64,000 bases of DNA, taken from positions 1,411-65,410 of the forward strand of contig CAYLOQ010000001.1 of assembly GCA_964385425.1 (NCBI GenBank), read 5' to 3'. The notes under the pieces are model-generated. The model saw only the letters and a list, made by a program, of their open reading frames with translations, ran no database searches and was not told the origin of the DNA. This DNA is from Candidatus Woesearchaeota archaeon (GTDB taxonomy: Archaea > Nanobdellota > Nanobdellia > Pacearchaeales > GW2011-AR1). The position numbers and the translations under genes were made by a program. Positions within the stretch are counted from its first letter, which is position 1; every line of letters begins with the position of its first letter. This document shows positions 1-9,150 of the stretch, piece after piece.

Positions 1-382
1 ATTAAAATCAAGAAAAATCTTATTTATCTTTTTCATAGAGTCTTCAAATTCATCCATTTCTAGATTGTATAAATTTTCTAAAAAATTTTCAACTGATTTA
101 ACATAATCTTTTCTACTATTATTTACAATTCCCTTAATCTCCTCTTTTTCTTTTTTTGCTTCAATATTAACAGATTCTAAAATAACTATCTTTTCTCTAA
201 TCTCCTTACCGAATTTTCTAATTTTTTCCCTAATTATAACAAGTATTTCTTTTTCTTTAACCTCATTTTCTTTTATTCTATTTTCAATCCAACCTTTAAT
301 TTCGGAAAAAGCGAGCTTTTCAATAACGATTTCTTCAGCCTTGTCTTGCCTAAATAATTTTTTGAATAATTCAAAGATTCCC
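1..382 (-). CDS. Partial hypothetical protein; the 5' part lies in the window and the gene runs off the window start
   Basis: Reverse-strand reading frame is open from the ATG at 380-382 to the window edge (MGIFELFKKLFRQDKAEE...). It is not in the ORF track because no stop lies inside the window. A TATA-like box plus a conserved motif sits immediately upstream at 392-431. Confidence 0.4.
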
Positions 383-417
383 ATACTAGATTCCTAGAAA
401 TCTTATTATATAAAGAT

Positions 418-431
418 ACGCCCACGCCGAG
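418..431. repeat. Copy 1 of the GC-rich motif ACGCCCACGCCGAG (matches the tRNA-Asp 3' end)
   Basis: It is immediately flanked by a TATA-like box. The region 392-431 is nearly identical to 3191-3228, including TAGAAATCTTATTATATAAAGAT. It lies 36 nt upstream of the ATG of the partial ORF at 1-382. Confidence 0.7.
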
Positions 432-556
432 CGGTTAAGATTTGTTTAACGCCCTTATTTTTATCTTAAAATATACACGTATAATCCCTTTTTAAAATGG
501 GGTTGTTACCCAATGGGGTGCGGAAGATGAAATCATCTCAAAATTTTTTGTATTTT

Positions 557-1360
557 CTATATCCCACTCTGCCAATCTTTCAAAATATCCCTTGCTGCCC
601 TATCAGAATTAACTTCACCACCTTTTTTCAAAAAACCTTTTTTCTTTCCAATCTTTTCAATTAAATCCTCTGCATTATCAAATTTCATTTTATAAAATTC
701 CTCTAACTCTTTCTTATCGCTCTTTACAATTTCATTAAGTGCAAGTTCTGGATTCTTAACTTGATTATGCGACCTCCCACCAACCTTAACATGCCTTGCT
801 ATTTTTTCCTCATTTGTCGTAGAATATTCGTCAGAAGAAATAACCCCTGGAGAATCTAACAAGACTATACTTTCTGTAAGTCTTAATTTCTGAATCCCTT
901 TTGTAAACCCCGCCTCAGAACTTGTTTTCGCCGAATTCTTTCCAATTAAAAGATTAATCAAAGAACTCTTCCCAGTATTAGGATACCCAATAACCCCCAC
1001 CCGAACACGACGATAATCTCCTTCCAATTTCACCCTTGCTGCTTCTGCTTTAATTTTATTTCTTAACTCTGTAATTCCTGTTCTCTTTTTACATGAAACA
1101 AAAACTCGCGGATTCAAACTCTTGTCTTTTTTTCGCGTGAGGTCAGATTTATTCAAAACATAAATCATTTTCTTTCCTTTATCAAAAACCGCCTTTTCAA
1201 TTTCTTTATTTTGCATCTCTTTCACAAACCGCGCATCAAGAATCTCTAAAACAATATCAGAAGTCTCAATTATCTCCCCCAATAACTCAGGATATTTCCC
1301 TCTCTGCTTTCTGATATTCTTTAATCTTTTCCCAGAACGAGCTTGTCTCCTTGTTGCCAT
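557..1360 (-). CDS. Circularly permuted GTPase, RbgA/YlqF/Nug1-like ribosome-biogenesis GTPase
   Basis: The G4 motif NKSD precedes G1 GYPNTGKSS and G3 DSPG, the circular-permutation order. A DARF(V) motif is present, and the N-terminus is basic. Confidence 0.7.
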   Translation of the reverse strand: MATRRQARSGKRLKNIRKQRGKYPELLGEIIETSDIVLEILDARFVKEMQNKEIEKAVFDKGKKMIYVLNKSDLTRKKDKSLNPRVFVSCKKRTGITELRNKIKAEAARVKLEGDYRRVRVGVIGYPNTGKSSLINLLIGKNSAKTSSEAGFTKGIQKLRLTESIVLLDSPGVISSDEYSTTNEEKIARHVKVGGRSHNQVKNPELALNEIVKSDKKELEEFYKMKFDNAEDLIEKIGKKKGFLKKGGEVNSDRAARDILKDWQSGI

Positions 1361-1518
1361 AAAAAATTAAAGAGATAATAGTTTATTAAATAAACGCAAA
1401 CCAACAATCTTATAAACCTAGAATTTTGTTTAATATTATTATATATTGTTAAAGTCTTGGAGCTTAGCTACAAAGGCTTGGTTTCAAGAATAATTCTTGA
1501 AAATAATAATTAATTAAA

Positions 1519-2901
1519 ATGAAAACGTTTAAAGAACTCGGACTAAGTAGTGAGTTTGTATCTGTGCTTGAAAAAGACAAGATTACAACTCCTTCGGAAA
1601 TTCAGGAAAAAACAATTCCCATAGTCTTAGCAGGGCGAGATGTGATTGGAGGTTCTGCGACAGGTTCTGGAAAAACTCTTGCGTTTGCCTCAAGCATGAT
1701 AGAAAATCTTGAGAAAAGCGGAAGAATTCAAGCATTAATTTTAACACCAACAAGAGAACTTGCTGAACAAGTTTCAAATGCAATCTCAAAATTCTCCAGA
1801 CACAAAAAATTAAATGTTCTTCCTATTTATGGAGGAGTTAATATTAAATCTCAGATTAGAAAAATTCATAGCACAGATATCATTGTGGGAACTCCAGGAA
1901 GAATTTTAGACCACATGCGAAGGGGAACCTTAAATTTAGATTATGTTAAATCTCTTGTTTTAGACGAAGTTGATAGAATGTTTGATATGGGATTTCAAAG
2001 GGATGTTGAAAGAATTCTTGGTCAATGTCCCAAGAAAAGACAGACAATGCTTTTTTCAGCGACGATATCTGCTGAAATAAATTATCTTGCTAAAAAATAC
2101 ACTCAAAAACCAGCAGAGGTTTCTATTCAATCACACATCGACCCATCAAAACTTAAACAAACCTACTACAATGTTTTAGATGGTTTGAAGTTTTCATTAT
2201 TTGTTTATTTGTTAAAAAAAGAAAAAAATAATCTAGTAATGGTATTCTGCGGAACAAGACGTAATGTTGATTTTGTTGCAAATAATCTGATTAATCTTGG
2301 AATTAATGCGAAGGCGATTCACGGAGGGATGATCCAAAATAAAAGAACAAGAGTTATGGATGAGTTTAATTCAGAAAATGGTGTGAATGTTTTAGTGTGC
2401 ACAGACGTAGCTGCAAGAGGACTTGATATTTTTGGGGTGAGCCACGTATACAATTATGATTTACCAAAAACAAGTTCAGATTATATTCATCGAATCGGCA
2501 GAACAGCCAGAGCAGGACGAGATGGAATTGCAATTAGCATCTTATGCAGCAGAGATTATGAAAACTTTGGGAATATTTTAAGAGATAAAGAATTAAAAAT
2601 TAACGAGGTGAAAACTCCCTTTTTTGAAAGAGTTAGAATGATTACTAAAACTGGAAATAAAAAAAGATATTCTGATTCAAGGCAAAGATACCAAAGTCGT
2701 GGGAGAAGTAATGGACAAAGAAGAGATAGCAGAAGAAGTAAAAGTGGAGGGAGGAGTTTTAGTGGTGGAAGAAAATATAGTGATAATAAAGCAGATAGAG
2801 GAGAAAGAAAAAGTTTTGGAAGACATCCAACAAGAGGAAATGTTAAAAGAAAAAATTACAGAAAACATAATTTTAGAAGTGGTGGAAGTCAAGGAAGATG
2901 A
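1519..2901 (+). CDS. DEAD-box ATP-dependent RNA helicase with an RG/RS-rich C-terminal tail
   Basis: Q-motif TPSEIQ, motif I GSATGSGKT, Ia PTRELA, II DEVD, III SAT and VI HRIGRTARAG are all present. The C-terminus is a low-complexity R/G/S-rich tail. Confidence 0.85.
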   Translation: MKTFKELGLSSEFVSVLEKDKITTPSEIQEKTIPIVLAGRDVIGGSATGSGKTLAFASSMIENLEKSGRIQALILTPTRELAEQVSNAISKFSRHKKLNVLPIYGGVNIKSQIRKIHSTDIIVGTPGRILDHMRRGTLNLDYVKSLVLDEVDRMFDMGFQRDVERILGQCPKKRQTMLFSATISAEINYLAKKYTQKPAEVSIQSHIDPSKLKQTYYNVLDGLKFSLFVYLLKKEKNNLVMVFCGTRRNVDFVANNLINLGINAKAIHGGMIQNKRTRVMDEFNSENGVNVLVCTDVAARGLDIFGVSHVYNYDLPKTSSDYIHRIGRTARAGRDGIAISILCSRDYENFGNILRDKELKINEVKTPFFERVRMITKTGNKKRYSDSRQRYQSRGRSNGQRRDSRRSKSGGRSFSGGRKYSDNKADRGERKSFGRHPTRGNVKRKNYRKHNFRSGGSQGR

Positions 2902-2936
2902 TAAGATTAAAGAAAATTATTTTTTAATTCCTTTCC

Positions 2937-3182
2937 TCAATCAAACCAACCCAACTTCTCGTCCTTTGGCAATTTCTTTATTGCATACTCGCATTTACAC
3001 GCACCTGATTTGTCCCTGCACTGCTTAGCCCGAAGTAATTTCTTAAAACCTTTTTGAAAAACATATTTACTTCCCTTCCCCTCAGCATGCGTATTCATCC
3101 GCGCGTCAACATCTATCGTCACCCCTGTATAAAACGAACCATCCCCACATTCAAGAATATAAACATACCATTGTTTTTTCAT
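2937..3182 (-). CDS. GIY-YIG nuclease domain protein
   Basis: YVYIL...GSFYTGVT...R...H at the N-terminus fits the GIY-YIG pattern. It is a small 81-aa protein with a Cys-rich C-terminus. Confidence 0.65.
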   Translation of the reverse strand: MKKQWYVYILECGDGSFYTGVTIDVDARMNTHAEGKGSKYVFQKGFKKLLRAKQCRDKSGACKCEYAIKKLPKDEKLGWFD

Positions 3183-3214
3183 ATAATTATTTAGAAATCT
3201 TATTATATAAAGAT

Positions 3215-3228
3215 GCGCCCACGCCGAG
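3215..3228. repeat. Copy 2 of the motif (GCGCCCACGCCGAG) with extended conserved flanks on both sides
   Basis: The left flank (3191-3214) matches copy 1 and holds the TATA box of the GIY-YIG gene. The right flank (3229-3262) matches 9078-9104 and contains the hairpin GGACA-aaag-TGTCC. Confidence 0.7.
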
Positions 3229-3291
3229 GGTAGGACAAAAGTGTCCCCATTAGGGTAAAGAAAAAGGTGTCTACACCCCTAAAATTTGTGG

Positions 3292-4287
3292 TCACCTAGT
3301 TAATTTTTTTAAAGCTGAATATTCTTTGATCAATAAATCAATGGTTGGCCTTAGATTCCCTTTTGTTTGATACTCTTGTAAGGATTCATAATATTGTCTT
3401 TGATTTCTTAGATCAATATTTACTGGAGGAAAGTCATTTTTAAGTAAGATATTATTCAGCAACAACCTCCCAACCCTACCATTCCCATCAGCGAAGGGGT
3501 GTATATTTTCAAATTGGTTATGAACAACAGATGCTAATACGAGTGCAGGGTATCTTGATCTATTTTTATTATACCATCTGATAAGTTCATTAAGTAAAGA
3601 ATTTATTCTTGATTGAGGAGCTCCAAAATGAATTATATTCCCATAGCCATCTCTAACAACAACTTCTTGTCCTTTAATTCTGAATTTGCCTGCAAAATCT
3701 TTTGAATTTTTAAAAACAATTTTATGTAAATCTAAAATAAATTTTATTGATATATGTTCCCCTGTTTTTCTTATAAATTTAATAGCATCATTCACACCAT
3801 AAGTTTCTGCTATATCTTGCTTTGATTTTTTTGGCCATTTTCCCTTCTCCAAGATATCTTTTACTTCTTTTTTTGTTATTTCACTACCTTCTATTGCATT
3901 AGTATTATACGAAAAAAGCTCTGAAAAAGTTCTCCATTGTTCTTCCGATAAATGGATTATTCTTAATTTCTGACTCTTTTCTAGATTTTCAATCAGTTTT
4001 ATTTCTTTTTTTGATAACGGTGTTTTAAGAGGATCTTTAATTATTTTATATTGTTCAATTTCCTCGAGAATTATTTTTTCTGCTTTATCTAGCCTTCCTT
4101 TTAACTGTTCTTCATTTATATTTTTTCCTAGAAACTTCCTTATTTTATTTACTTTTCCATCTTCTCTAAAAGAATGTGCTAAATAATATTTTATTCTGTT
4201 TCCTTCCTTTCTCTTCTCGACATACATAACAACAAATAGGTGACTACATATATAAATCTTTCTATTGTATTGTCTACATACGCCCAC
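3292..4287 (-). CDS. Fic/Doc family protein (AMPylation-type Fic domain)
   Basis: Canonical Fic motif HPFADGNGRVGRLL. The real start is probably the internal Met near 4227 (MYVEKRK...), because the longest ORF overlaps the upstream repeat motif. Confidence 0.8.
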   Translation of the reverse strand: MGVCRQYNRKIYICSHLFVVMYVEKRKEGNRIKYYLAHSFREDGKVNKIRKFLGKNINEEQLKGRLDKAEKIILEEIEQYKIIKDPLKTPLSKKEIKLIENLEKSQKLRIIHLSEEQWRTFSELFSYNTNAIEGSEITKKEVKDILEKGKWPKKSKQDIAETYGVNDAIKFIRKTGEHISIKFILDLHKIVFKNSKDFAGKFRIKGQEVVVRDGYGNIIHFGAPQSRINSLLNELIRWYNKNRSRYPALVLASVVHNQFENIHPFADGNGRVGRLLLNNILLKNDFPPVNIDLRNQRQYYESLQEYQTKGNLRPTIDLLIKEYSALKKLTR

Positions 4288-4293
4288 GCCGAG
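4280..4293. repeat. Copy 3 of the motif ACGCCCACGCCGAG
   Basis: Upstream of the Fic gene. A TATA-like TTTATATAT box lies about 25 nt further toward the gene. Confidence 0.65.
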
Positions 4294-4333
4294 TGCTATG
4301 GGGTGTAGGACTTCGACTCCCTGTTAGGGAATC

Positions 4334-4347
4334 ACGCCCACGCCGAT
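4334..4347. repeat. Copy 4 of the motif (ACGCCCACGCCGAT variant)
   Basis: 40 nt from copy 3, between the Fic and pentapeptide genes. Confidence 0.6.
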
Positions 4348-4431
4348 AGTAGTTTGGGAGTAGTATAAGAGTGTTATAGTTGGAGAATTTTAATCCCTCC
4401 ATAGCTCAATGGTTCTGTATTAACCACTTAA

Positions 4432-5106
4432 CTATTCTTCACGAAAATCAAATTCTGGTGTAATGGCCTTTAATATAATCTTTTTTTCCCTATTCGTTAC
4501 AATAGTTTTTCTATACCCCCTATCTTCAAACTCACCCTCTCCAAATATTGCCGCTTGTATCCAGGGATTATCCCATAAACCTACCGATCCTCTAAGATCG
4601 GCCCCGCCAAACCTTACTCCATAGAGATTCGCATCTGTAAAATCTGCTTCTCTTAGATCAGCTCCATAGAGCTGAGCTTCACGGAGTTCTGTCTTTCTAA
4701 GACTTACTCCCCTTAGATCAGCCATGTGAAGAGTTACTCCTTCAAGATTTGCTAAACTAAGATCAGCCCCTTGAAGCCTTGCTCCTTTAAGATTAGCCTG
4801 ATAAAGCCTTGCTCCTTTAAGATCCGCTCCTTCAAGATTTGCATTTACCCCCCTTAAATAAGGCATATGAAGATCTCTTGCAATTAAACCTTGAAAATTA
4901 GAGTCTTCTATTGTTATTGGGTTCTCTCTGAAATAATCATTAATTAAATACTCTCTTAATACTCTAAAGCTCGGATGTCCACTTAAATTTAAATTCCTTC
5001 CCACTCTTCTAGAGAAATCTCTTCTTCCACTCAATATCCGCATAATTTCATCTGCAGTTATTGGTCTTAATTCAACACTGGTTTCTGTTTGTTCCATAAT
5101 TCCCAC
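4432..5106 (-). CDS. Pentapeptide repeat protein
   Basis: Tandem A(D/N)LxG pentapeptides, e.g. ADLKGARLYQANLKGARLQGADLSLANLEG... Confidence 0.8.
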   Translation of the reverse strand: MGIMEQTETSVELRPITADEIMRILSGRRDFSRRVGRNLNLSGHPSFRVLREYLINDYFRENPITIEDSNFQGLIARDLHMPYLRGVNANLEGADLKGARLYQANLKGARLQGADLSLANLEGVTLHMADLRGVSLRKTELREAQLYGADLREADFTDANLYGVRFGGADLRGSVGLWDNPWIQAAIFGEGEFEDRGYRKTIVTNREKKIILKAITPEFDFREE

Positions 5107-5141
5107 ACAAATTCTTCCTTTTTAAACTTTATGATATAAAT

Positions 5142-5155
5142 ACGCCCACGCCGAG
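5142..5155. repeat. Copy 5 of the motif ACGCCCACGCCGAG
   Basis: Immediately adjacent to the TATTTATATCA TATA-like box upstream of the pentapeptide-repeat gene. Confidence 0.65.
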
Positions 5156-5249
5156 AATAATACACTTTTGCATATCTAAGAGGTGTACTTTTGTGCCTCT
5201 TTAAATGACTAAATGAATAATGTTTAAATAATTTTGTATAAAAATAAAT

Positions 5250-8006
5250 TTATCTATATGTTACTTTTCTTATTTTATAATGTTTCTTAATCTTTTCCCT
5301 TTTAATTTCATTTTTTAGAATCATCCTGTTTAATTTTTGCTGCATTTTTGATGATTTCTTATCTTCATAAAATCTTTTATTAGAATAATCCTGCCCAAAC
5401 CTTATTTCTCCACGGATATTAAGAGATTTGAAAAGGACAATTATCATTAAAACAATAAACCCTATTAACAAAATTAATTTAGTGAAACTCCCAAATAATA
5501 TTGATGAATTTTCTTGAGTATTAATGTTATTTGATAGGATTTCTATAAGGAAAGAAGAGCCATAATATATTGAAATGATTAATGCAATTATTGAAACCAA
5601 AGAAATTATGATTATGAAAACTGTTTTTATGATTCCTCCAAAATTTGACTTATGATAATTGTATGGTTCTCTCTTCCTTTTCATCACTGAAATTATTATA
5701 AAAGTAGCTATTGCCAATAAAGATATGATTCCAATAAATAAAATAGGAATTTTTCCTTTAGGACCAAATGGAAAATATTCTCCTATATCAGGAATTCCTA
5801 TAATTCCTCCTGTTATTGATGGTGTATCTCCTTCATTATCTATTACTCTACCCCCACCAGAACTACTAGCACCACTTATGGTAAAGGTGTCAAAGAATTT
5901 ATCAGTTCTACTCCCTAAATTATAATATCCTGCTTCACATTGGAAAATATATGATTGAGTTGCTATAAATGTAGAAGGAACAAGAATTGCTTTATTTACC
6001 TTAAGAAGTGTCCTGTTAATCATCTGATTAAAATTAAATGAGTTATAATTATTAACTCCATCATTTAAATAACAAGTAAAATCAACTTCTTTTTCAACAA
6101 CCTGAGAGTCCTCTACTTGTGCAGATATTGAGCAAGTCATTTCGCTTCCTGAACTTGCTTGGGCAGGGCAATCAACCGAAAGATGGAAAGTCCCTGTTTT
6201 GGATTCTACTCCTTCAAGAGCAGAAGCTTGTCTTTGTTGGACTTGTAAATTTAAATCACTTGAATATCTACATGAATCTGAATTATTTACTATTATTGTG
6301 AAAGTATTATATGGTTCTACATCTGCAAATCCAATTAAAGTCATTCTATTGGTTTCTTCAAAGAAAGAAACATCTACTTCAGAAGTTCCTGCGTGTTTAA
6401 AATAAGGTATTGTAATTATATCATTTATTGTGCTTGAACTTCCTGCATCAGTTTCAATTCTTTTTTCTATACATCCTGCTATAACATCTCTATCTGTATT
6501 TTCAAAACAATATCTTGCTATAAATTTTGTTTCGTCTATTCCAAAATAATCATAAGTTATATTTACCTCCAATTCATTACAAGCACTAATTGATGAATCA
6601 AATGCACTTGTAGATATATTCACAACATCAATTATTTTAATATAGGGTGTTCCAACTTCATGCCCATAATAATTAAATTCATCTGATTCTAACTCTAAAT
6701 CTTGATCAAAATCTTCTAAATGTAAATGAAAATTAATATCAAAATCATTCCCTCCTACCACATGTGTAGGTAATAAAAACTCCTCTGAACATCTTTCAAC
6801 TACGCCCTCATCAATTTGTGGTTTTACAGAAGTCCTCATGATCACACTTTCTCCTTGTAATGTTTCCCCTGTGTCTAAACTTATTGGGAAAAAATGTTGT
6901 TCTAAGGTATCATCATCAAAACTTACTTCATTCACAAAAATAAACTTTTCTTCTGTGAAAGTATTATTTAATAATATACATAATGATGCAGGTTTTCCAC
7001 CAGTTAAAAATCCTTGACCATTTGTAGTTTTATTTCCTTCTACAGAATTATTGAAAGTACCCCAAGAAATATCTTCTTGGTTTATTCTTGTTGGTCCATC
7101 TGTTATTTGAATTTTTCCACCGAATTCATCTTTTAAATAAACAGCAGGGTACATCCCTTGACTTGCAGTAAAATCATCATGGAATCCTGTAGCGTTAGCC
7201 CATTTTTTATTTATCATAAAATCATTTAAATCATCAATTAAAAATCCCCTAGTTCCCTCCCCTGAAGAACCCTCTGCTGAGTTAGAACATTTATTGTCAT
7301 TCCCTGTTGGACAAAAACAATTAATATCTGTTAGATATTGAACCCCTGCTTTAAAATGGGCATCATCTATTTCAAAATCTACATCTAAATCTCCATTATG
7401 ATTTGATATTTCTTCTATTCCTGAAACAATAGTATTCCCACCAATTGTTTCTATATCGATTCTACAAGAAGCACCAGCAGTTCCAATTTCTGTTCCGTTT
7501 TTTACTTTTGCAGAAATTGCTAAAGTTGTTCCAATGAAGTTTTGAGTGCTTATTACAATCTCTTCTATTAATAAATCACTTCCTGTTGCAGCATTTATTG
7601 TTGCATTACTTTGTCCTGTTAAACCTCCTCCACCAGATAGTGTTGCATTAAGAACATTTCCATAAACAGATATATAAGAAGAATTAATTACGAAAGATTC
7701 AAAGAATTCATTATTTGGAGATGTAGTTGAACTTGGAGTTGTGCCTGTTGAAGTATCTACCACATGACCTGTCGCATTTGTCCAATTCACAGTATATGCT
7801 TGATTTTTCTCATTTCCTGTAGTTATTTCCATTTCTAAAGTCGCAGTTGAACCTTCAACATAGACTTCAGAATCTAAAACTGCCGTTGAAGCAGAAACAA
7901 AATTTATTAAGAATATAAATGAAAACAAAGATATTCCTAAAAGTAGGATCACAAATTTAGTTTTCATTTTTACCCCCCTCCCAATAATGTAATTTTGCTC
8001 TACCAA
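5250..8006 (-). CDS. Large secreted/surface protein of about 900 aa with an N-terminal signal peptide, three C-terminal TM helices and a basic cytoplasmic tail
   Basis: Probable start at the MKTKFVILLLGISLF... Met near 7967. The protein is Thr/Ser/Asn-rich with many N-x-S/T sequons. The C-terminus has hydrophobic segments followed by a K/R-rich tail, the same topology as the giant protein at 42624-53513. Confidence 0.6.
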   Translation of the reverse strand: MVEQNYIIGRGVKMKTKFVILLLGISLFSFIFLINFVSASTAVLDSEVYVEGSTATLEMEITTGNEKNQAYTVNWTNATGHVVDTSTGTTPSSTTSPNNEFFESFVINSSYISVYGNVLNATLSGGGGLTGQSNATINAATGSDLLIEEIVISTQNFIGTTLAISAKVKNGTEIGTAGASCRIDIETIGGNTIVSGIEEISNHNGDLDVDFEIDDAHFKAGVQYLTDINCFCPTGNDNKCSNSAEGSSGEGTRGFLIDDLNDFMINKKWANATGFHDDFTASQGMYPAVYLKDEFGGKIQITDGPTRINQEDISWGTFNNSVEGNKTTNGQGFLTGGKPASLCILLNNTFTEEKFIFVNEVSFDDDTLEQHFFPISLDTGETLQGESVIMRTSVKPQIDEGVVERCSEEFLLPTHVVGGNDFDINFHLHLEDFDQDLELESDEFNYYGHEVGTPYIKIIDVVNISTSAFDSSISACNELEVNITYDYFGIDETKFIARYCFENTDRDVIAGCIEKRIETDAGSSSTINDIITIPYFKHAGTSEVDVSFFEETNRMTLIGFADVEPYNTFTIIVNNSDSCRYSSDLNLQVQQRQASALEGVESKTGTFHLSVDCPAQASSGSEMTCSISAQVEDSQVVEKEVDFTCYLNDGVNNYNSFNFNQMINRTLLKVNKAILVPSTFIATQSYIFQCEAGYYNLGSRTDKFFDTFTISGASSSGGGRVIDNEGDTPSITGGIIGIPDIGEYFPFGPKGKIPILFIGIISLLAIATFIIISVMKRKREPYNYHKSNFGGIIKTVFIIIISLVSIIALIISIYYGSSFLIEILSNNINTQENSSILFGSFTKLILLIGFIVLMIIVLFKSLNIRGEIRFGQDYSNKRFYEDKKSSKMQQKLNRMILKNEIKREKIKKHYKIRKVTYR

Positions 8007-8163
8007 CAGGCCTAATTCTAATTAATTTTGCCCCCTTTAATTCTGCAAGAACGACGGCAACAGTGTTCCTAGAAATTTTTAAACCTCTTGCAATATCAAT
8101 TATTGTAAGTCCGTCTGTATTTTTTCTTAGAAGACTCTTAACTAATTCACCTTTTGTTTTCAT
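7957..8163 (-). CDS. Small winged-helix (MarR/ArsR-like) DNA-binding regulator
   Basis: 68 aa; LTIIDIARGLKISRNTVAVVLAELKGAKLIRIRPVG is HTH-like. It overlaps the start of the downstream surface-protein gene, so the two are probably co-transcribed. Confidence 0.5.
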   Translation of the reverse strand: MKTKGELVKSLLRKNTDGLTIIDIARGLKISRNTVAVVLAELKGAKLIRIRPVGRAKLHYWEGGKNEN

Positions 8164-8166
8164 TGT

Positions 8167-8266
8167 GCGTTAACGCTTAGTTTTATAAGTTATCTTTAAA
8201 ACTTTGTTTTATAAGTCATTTTTAAAGTTTAATGATATAAGTTATCTTTATTAATTATCTTTAATG
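8167..8266. promoter_or_regulatory. Palindrome GCGTTAACGC plus three to four tandem 25-26-bp iterons (TTTTATAAGTTATCTTTAAA) upstream of the wHTH regulator gene
   Basis: Direct repeats at 8181-8202, 8207-8227 and 8233-8253, with a partial fourth at 8254-8266. A 10-bp perfect palindrome lies at 8167-8176. Confidence 0.5.
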
Positions 8267-8390
8267 TTTATTATTGGTGCACAATAGTTTATAAATGTTT
8301 TTAATCGGTTTATGATATCAAAAAGATTTCAATAAAGCCCAGAAAGAGCGTTGGGATAATTTTAAAAAGACTTAACCCAGCTTATTTTTT

Positions 8391-8906
8391 ATGGATAATC
8401 GTAATGGAGAAGTTAGTCCTCTTGAAATAATTAGTGGGCAAGGAAGTATGGAAACCCCCGAATCATTTAGAGATAAGGCGAGGGGGTGGGTTGTAGATAC
8501 ATCCATAGCAGTTCTATGGAGTAATCTTGTTTTTGCACCAGGTGATTATGTTTTAGGTGGTTTGTGGGGGGATGAATTTGTTAAACAAAGAGTAGGAATG
8601 AGTTTGTTTAATTTGGCGTTTGGTGGGGTATTTGGAAAATTTAGAAATTATTGGACAAAAAATGTAATGAAGGCCACACCAAATAGTTCAAGATTTTACA
8701 AGGCAGTTAGTGATACCACAGCAGGTGCTATTTTTTATGGTCCTATTTATGTTGGACTTATTAAATCCCATGGGGCTTCATGGGAAGAAACATTTGCAGC
8801 ATTAGGGGGAGGACTTCTAACAGCCGCAATCACAGGTAGGCCCTATGGTTTGTGCCAAGATAAATGGAGAAAATTATTTGGAGTTAGGCCAGCTCTAGAA
8901 GAATAG
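8391..8906 (+). CDS. Hypothetical protein, paralog of 21771-22325
   Basis: Shares aligned blocks (K.R.GM..F, ASWEE/ASLEE...GGL, PYG...WRKLF/PF.EFWRTKVF) with the ORF at 21771-22325. Confidence 0.5.
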   Translation: MDNRNGEVSPLEIISGQGSMETPESFRDKARGWVVDTSIAVLWSNLVFAPGDYVLGGLWGDEFVKQRVGMSLFNLAFGGVFGKFRNYWTKNVMKATPNSSRFYKAVSDTTAGAIFYGPIYVGLIKSHGASWEETFAALGGGLLTAAITGRPYGLCQDKWRKLFGVRPALEE

Positions 8907-9063
8907 TTATAAATAAAACTCCCTCTACTCTCCCAGAAAGGGCGTTGAGAAGGTTTATTCTATGTGTTTATATGGATCTCGTTTCATATTGTGTACAATT
9001 TACAGATCTTTTTATAGAACCTGTATGTTTATTGTACACCCCACTAAAATGCAAAAATGTAGT

Positions 9064-9077
9064 ACGCCCACGCCGAG
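9064..9077. repeat. Copy 6 of the motif ACGCCCACGCCGAG with a hairpin-bearing extension
   Basis: 9064-9104 is near-identical to 3215-3262 (GAGGGTAGGA[CT]AAAAGTGTCCC). It lies between convergent genes, so it is not obviously a promoter. Confidence 0.65.
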
Positions 9078-9150
9078 GGTAGGATAAAAGTGTCCCAGTT
9101 GGGGGGTTAATATAAATCTAAACTCACCTTTAATAGAAGCTCAATAGTAA

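Noticed and set aside
2699-3028. 109-aa plus-strand ORF rich in E/K/V
   Set aside because: It overlaps the DEAD-box helicase C-terminal RG-rich tail in another frame and extends into the GIY-YIG gene on the opposite strand. It is a frame artefact of repetitive AGA/GAA codons.
4294-4430. tRNA-like fragments (TTCGACTCC T-loop-like string at 4308-4318; TAGCTCAATGGT D-loop-like string at 4399-4411)
   Set aside because: Neither can be folded into a complete cloverleaf. Acceptor and D stems do not pair, and the T-loop-like string is in the opposite orientation to the tRNA-end motif. They are treated as chance similarity or decayed remnants, not tRNA genes.
8181-8266. Possible CRISPR-like array
   Set aside because: It has only three to four imperfect 25-bp direct repeats with no unique spacers between them and no cas genes. 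It is better explained as operator iterons.
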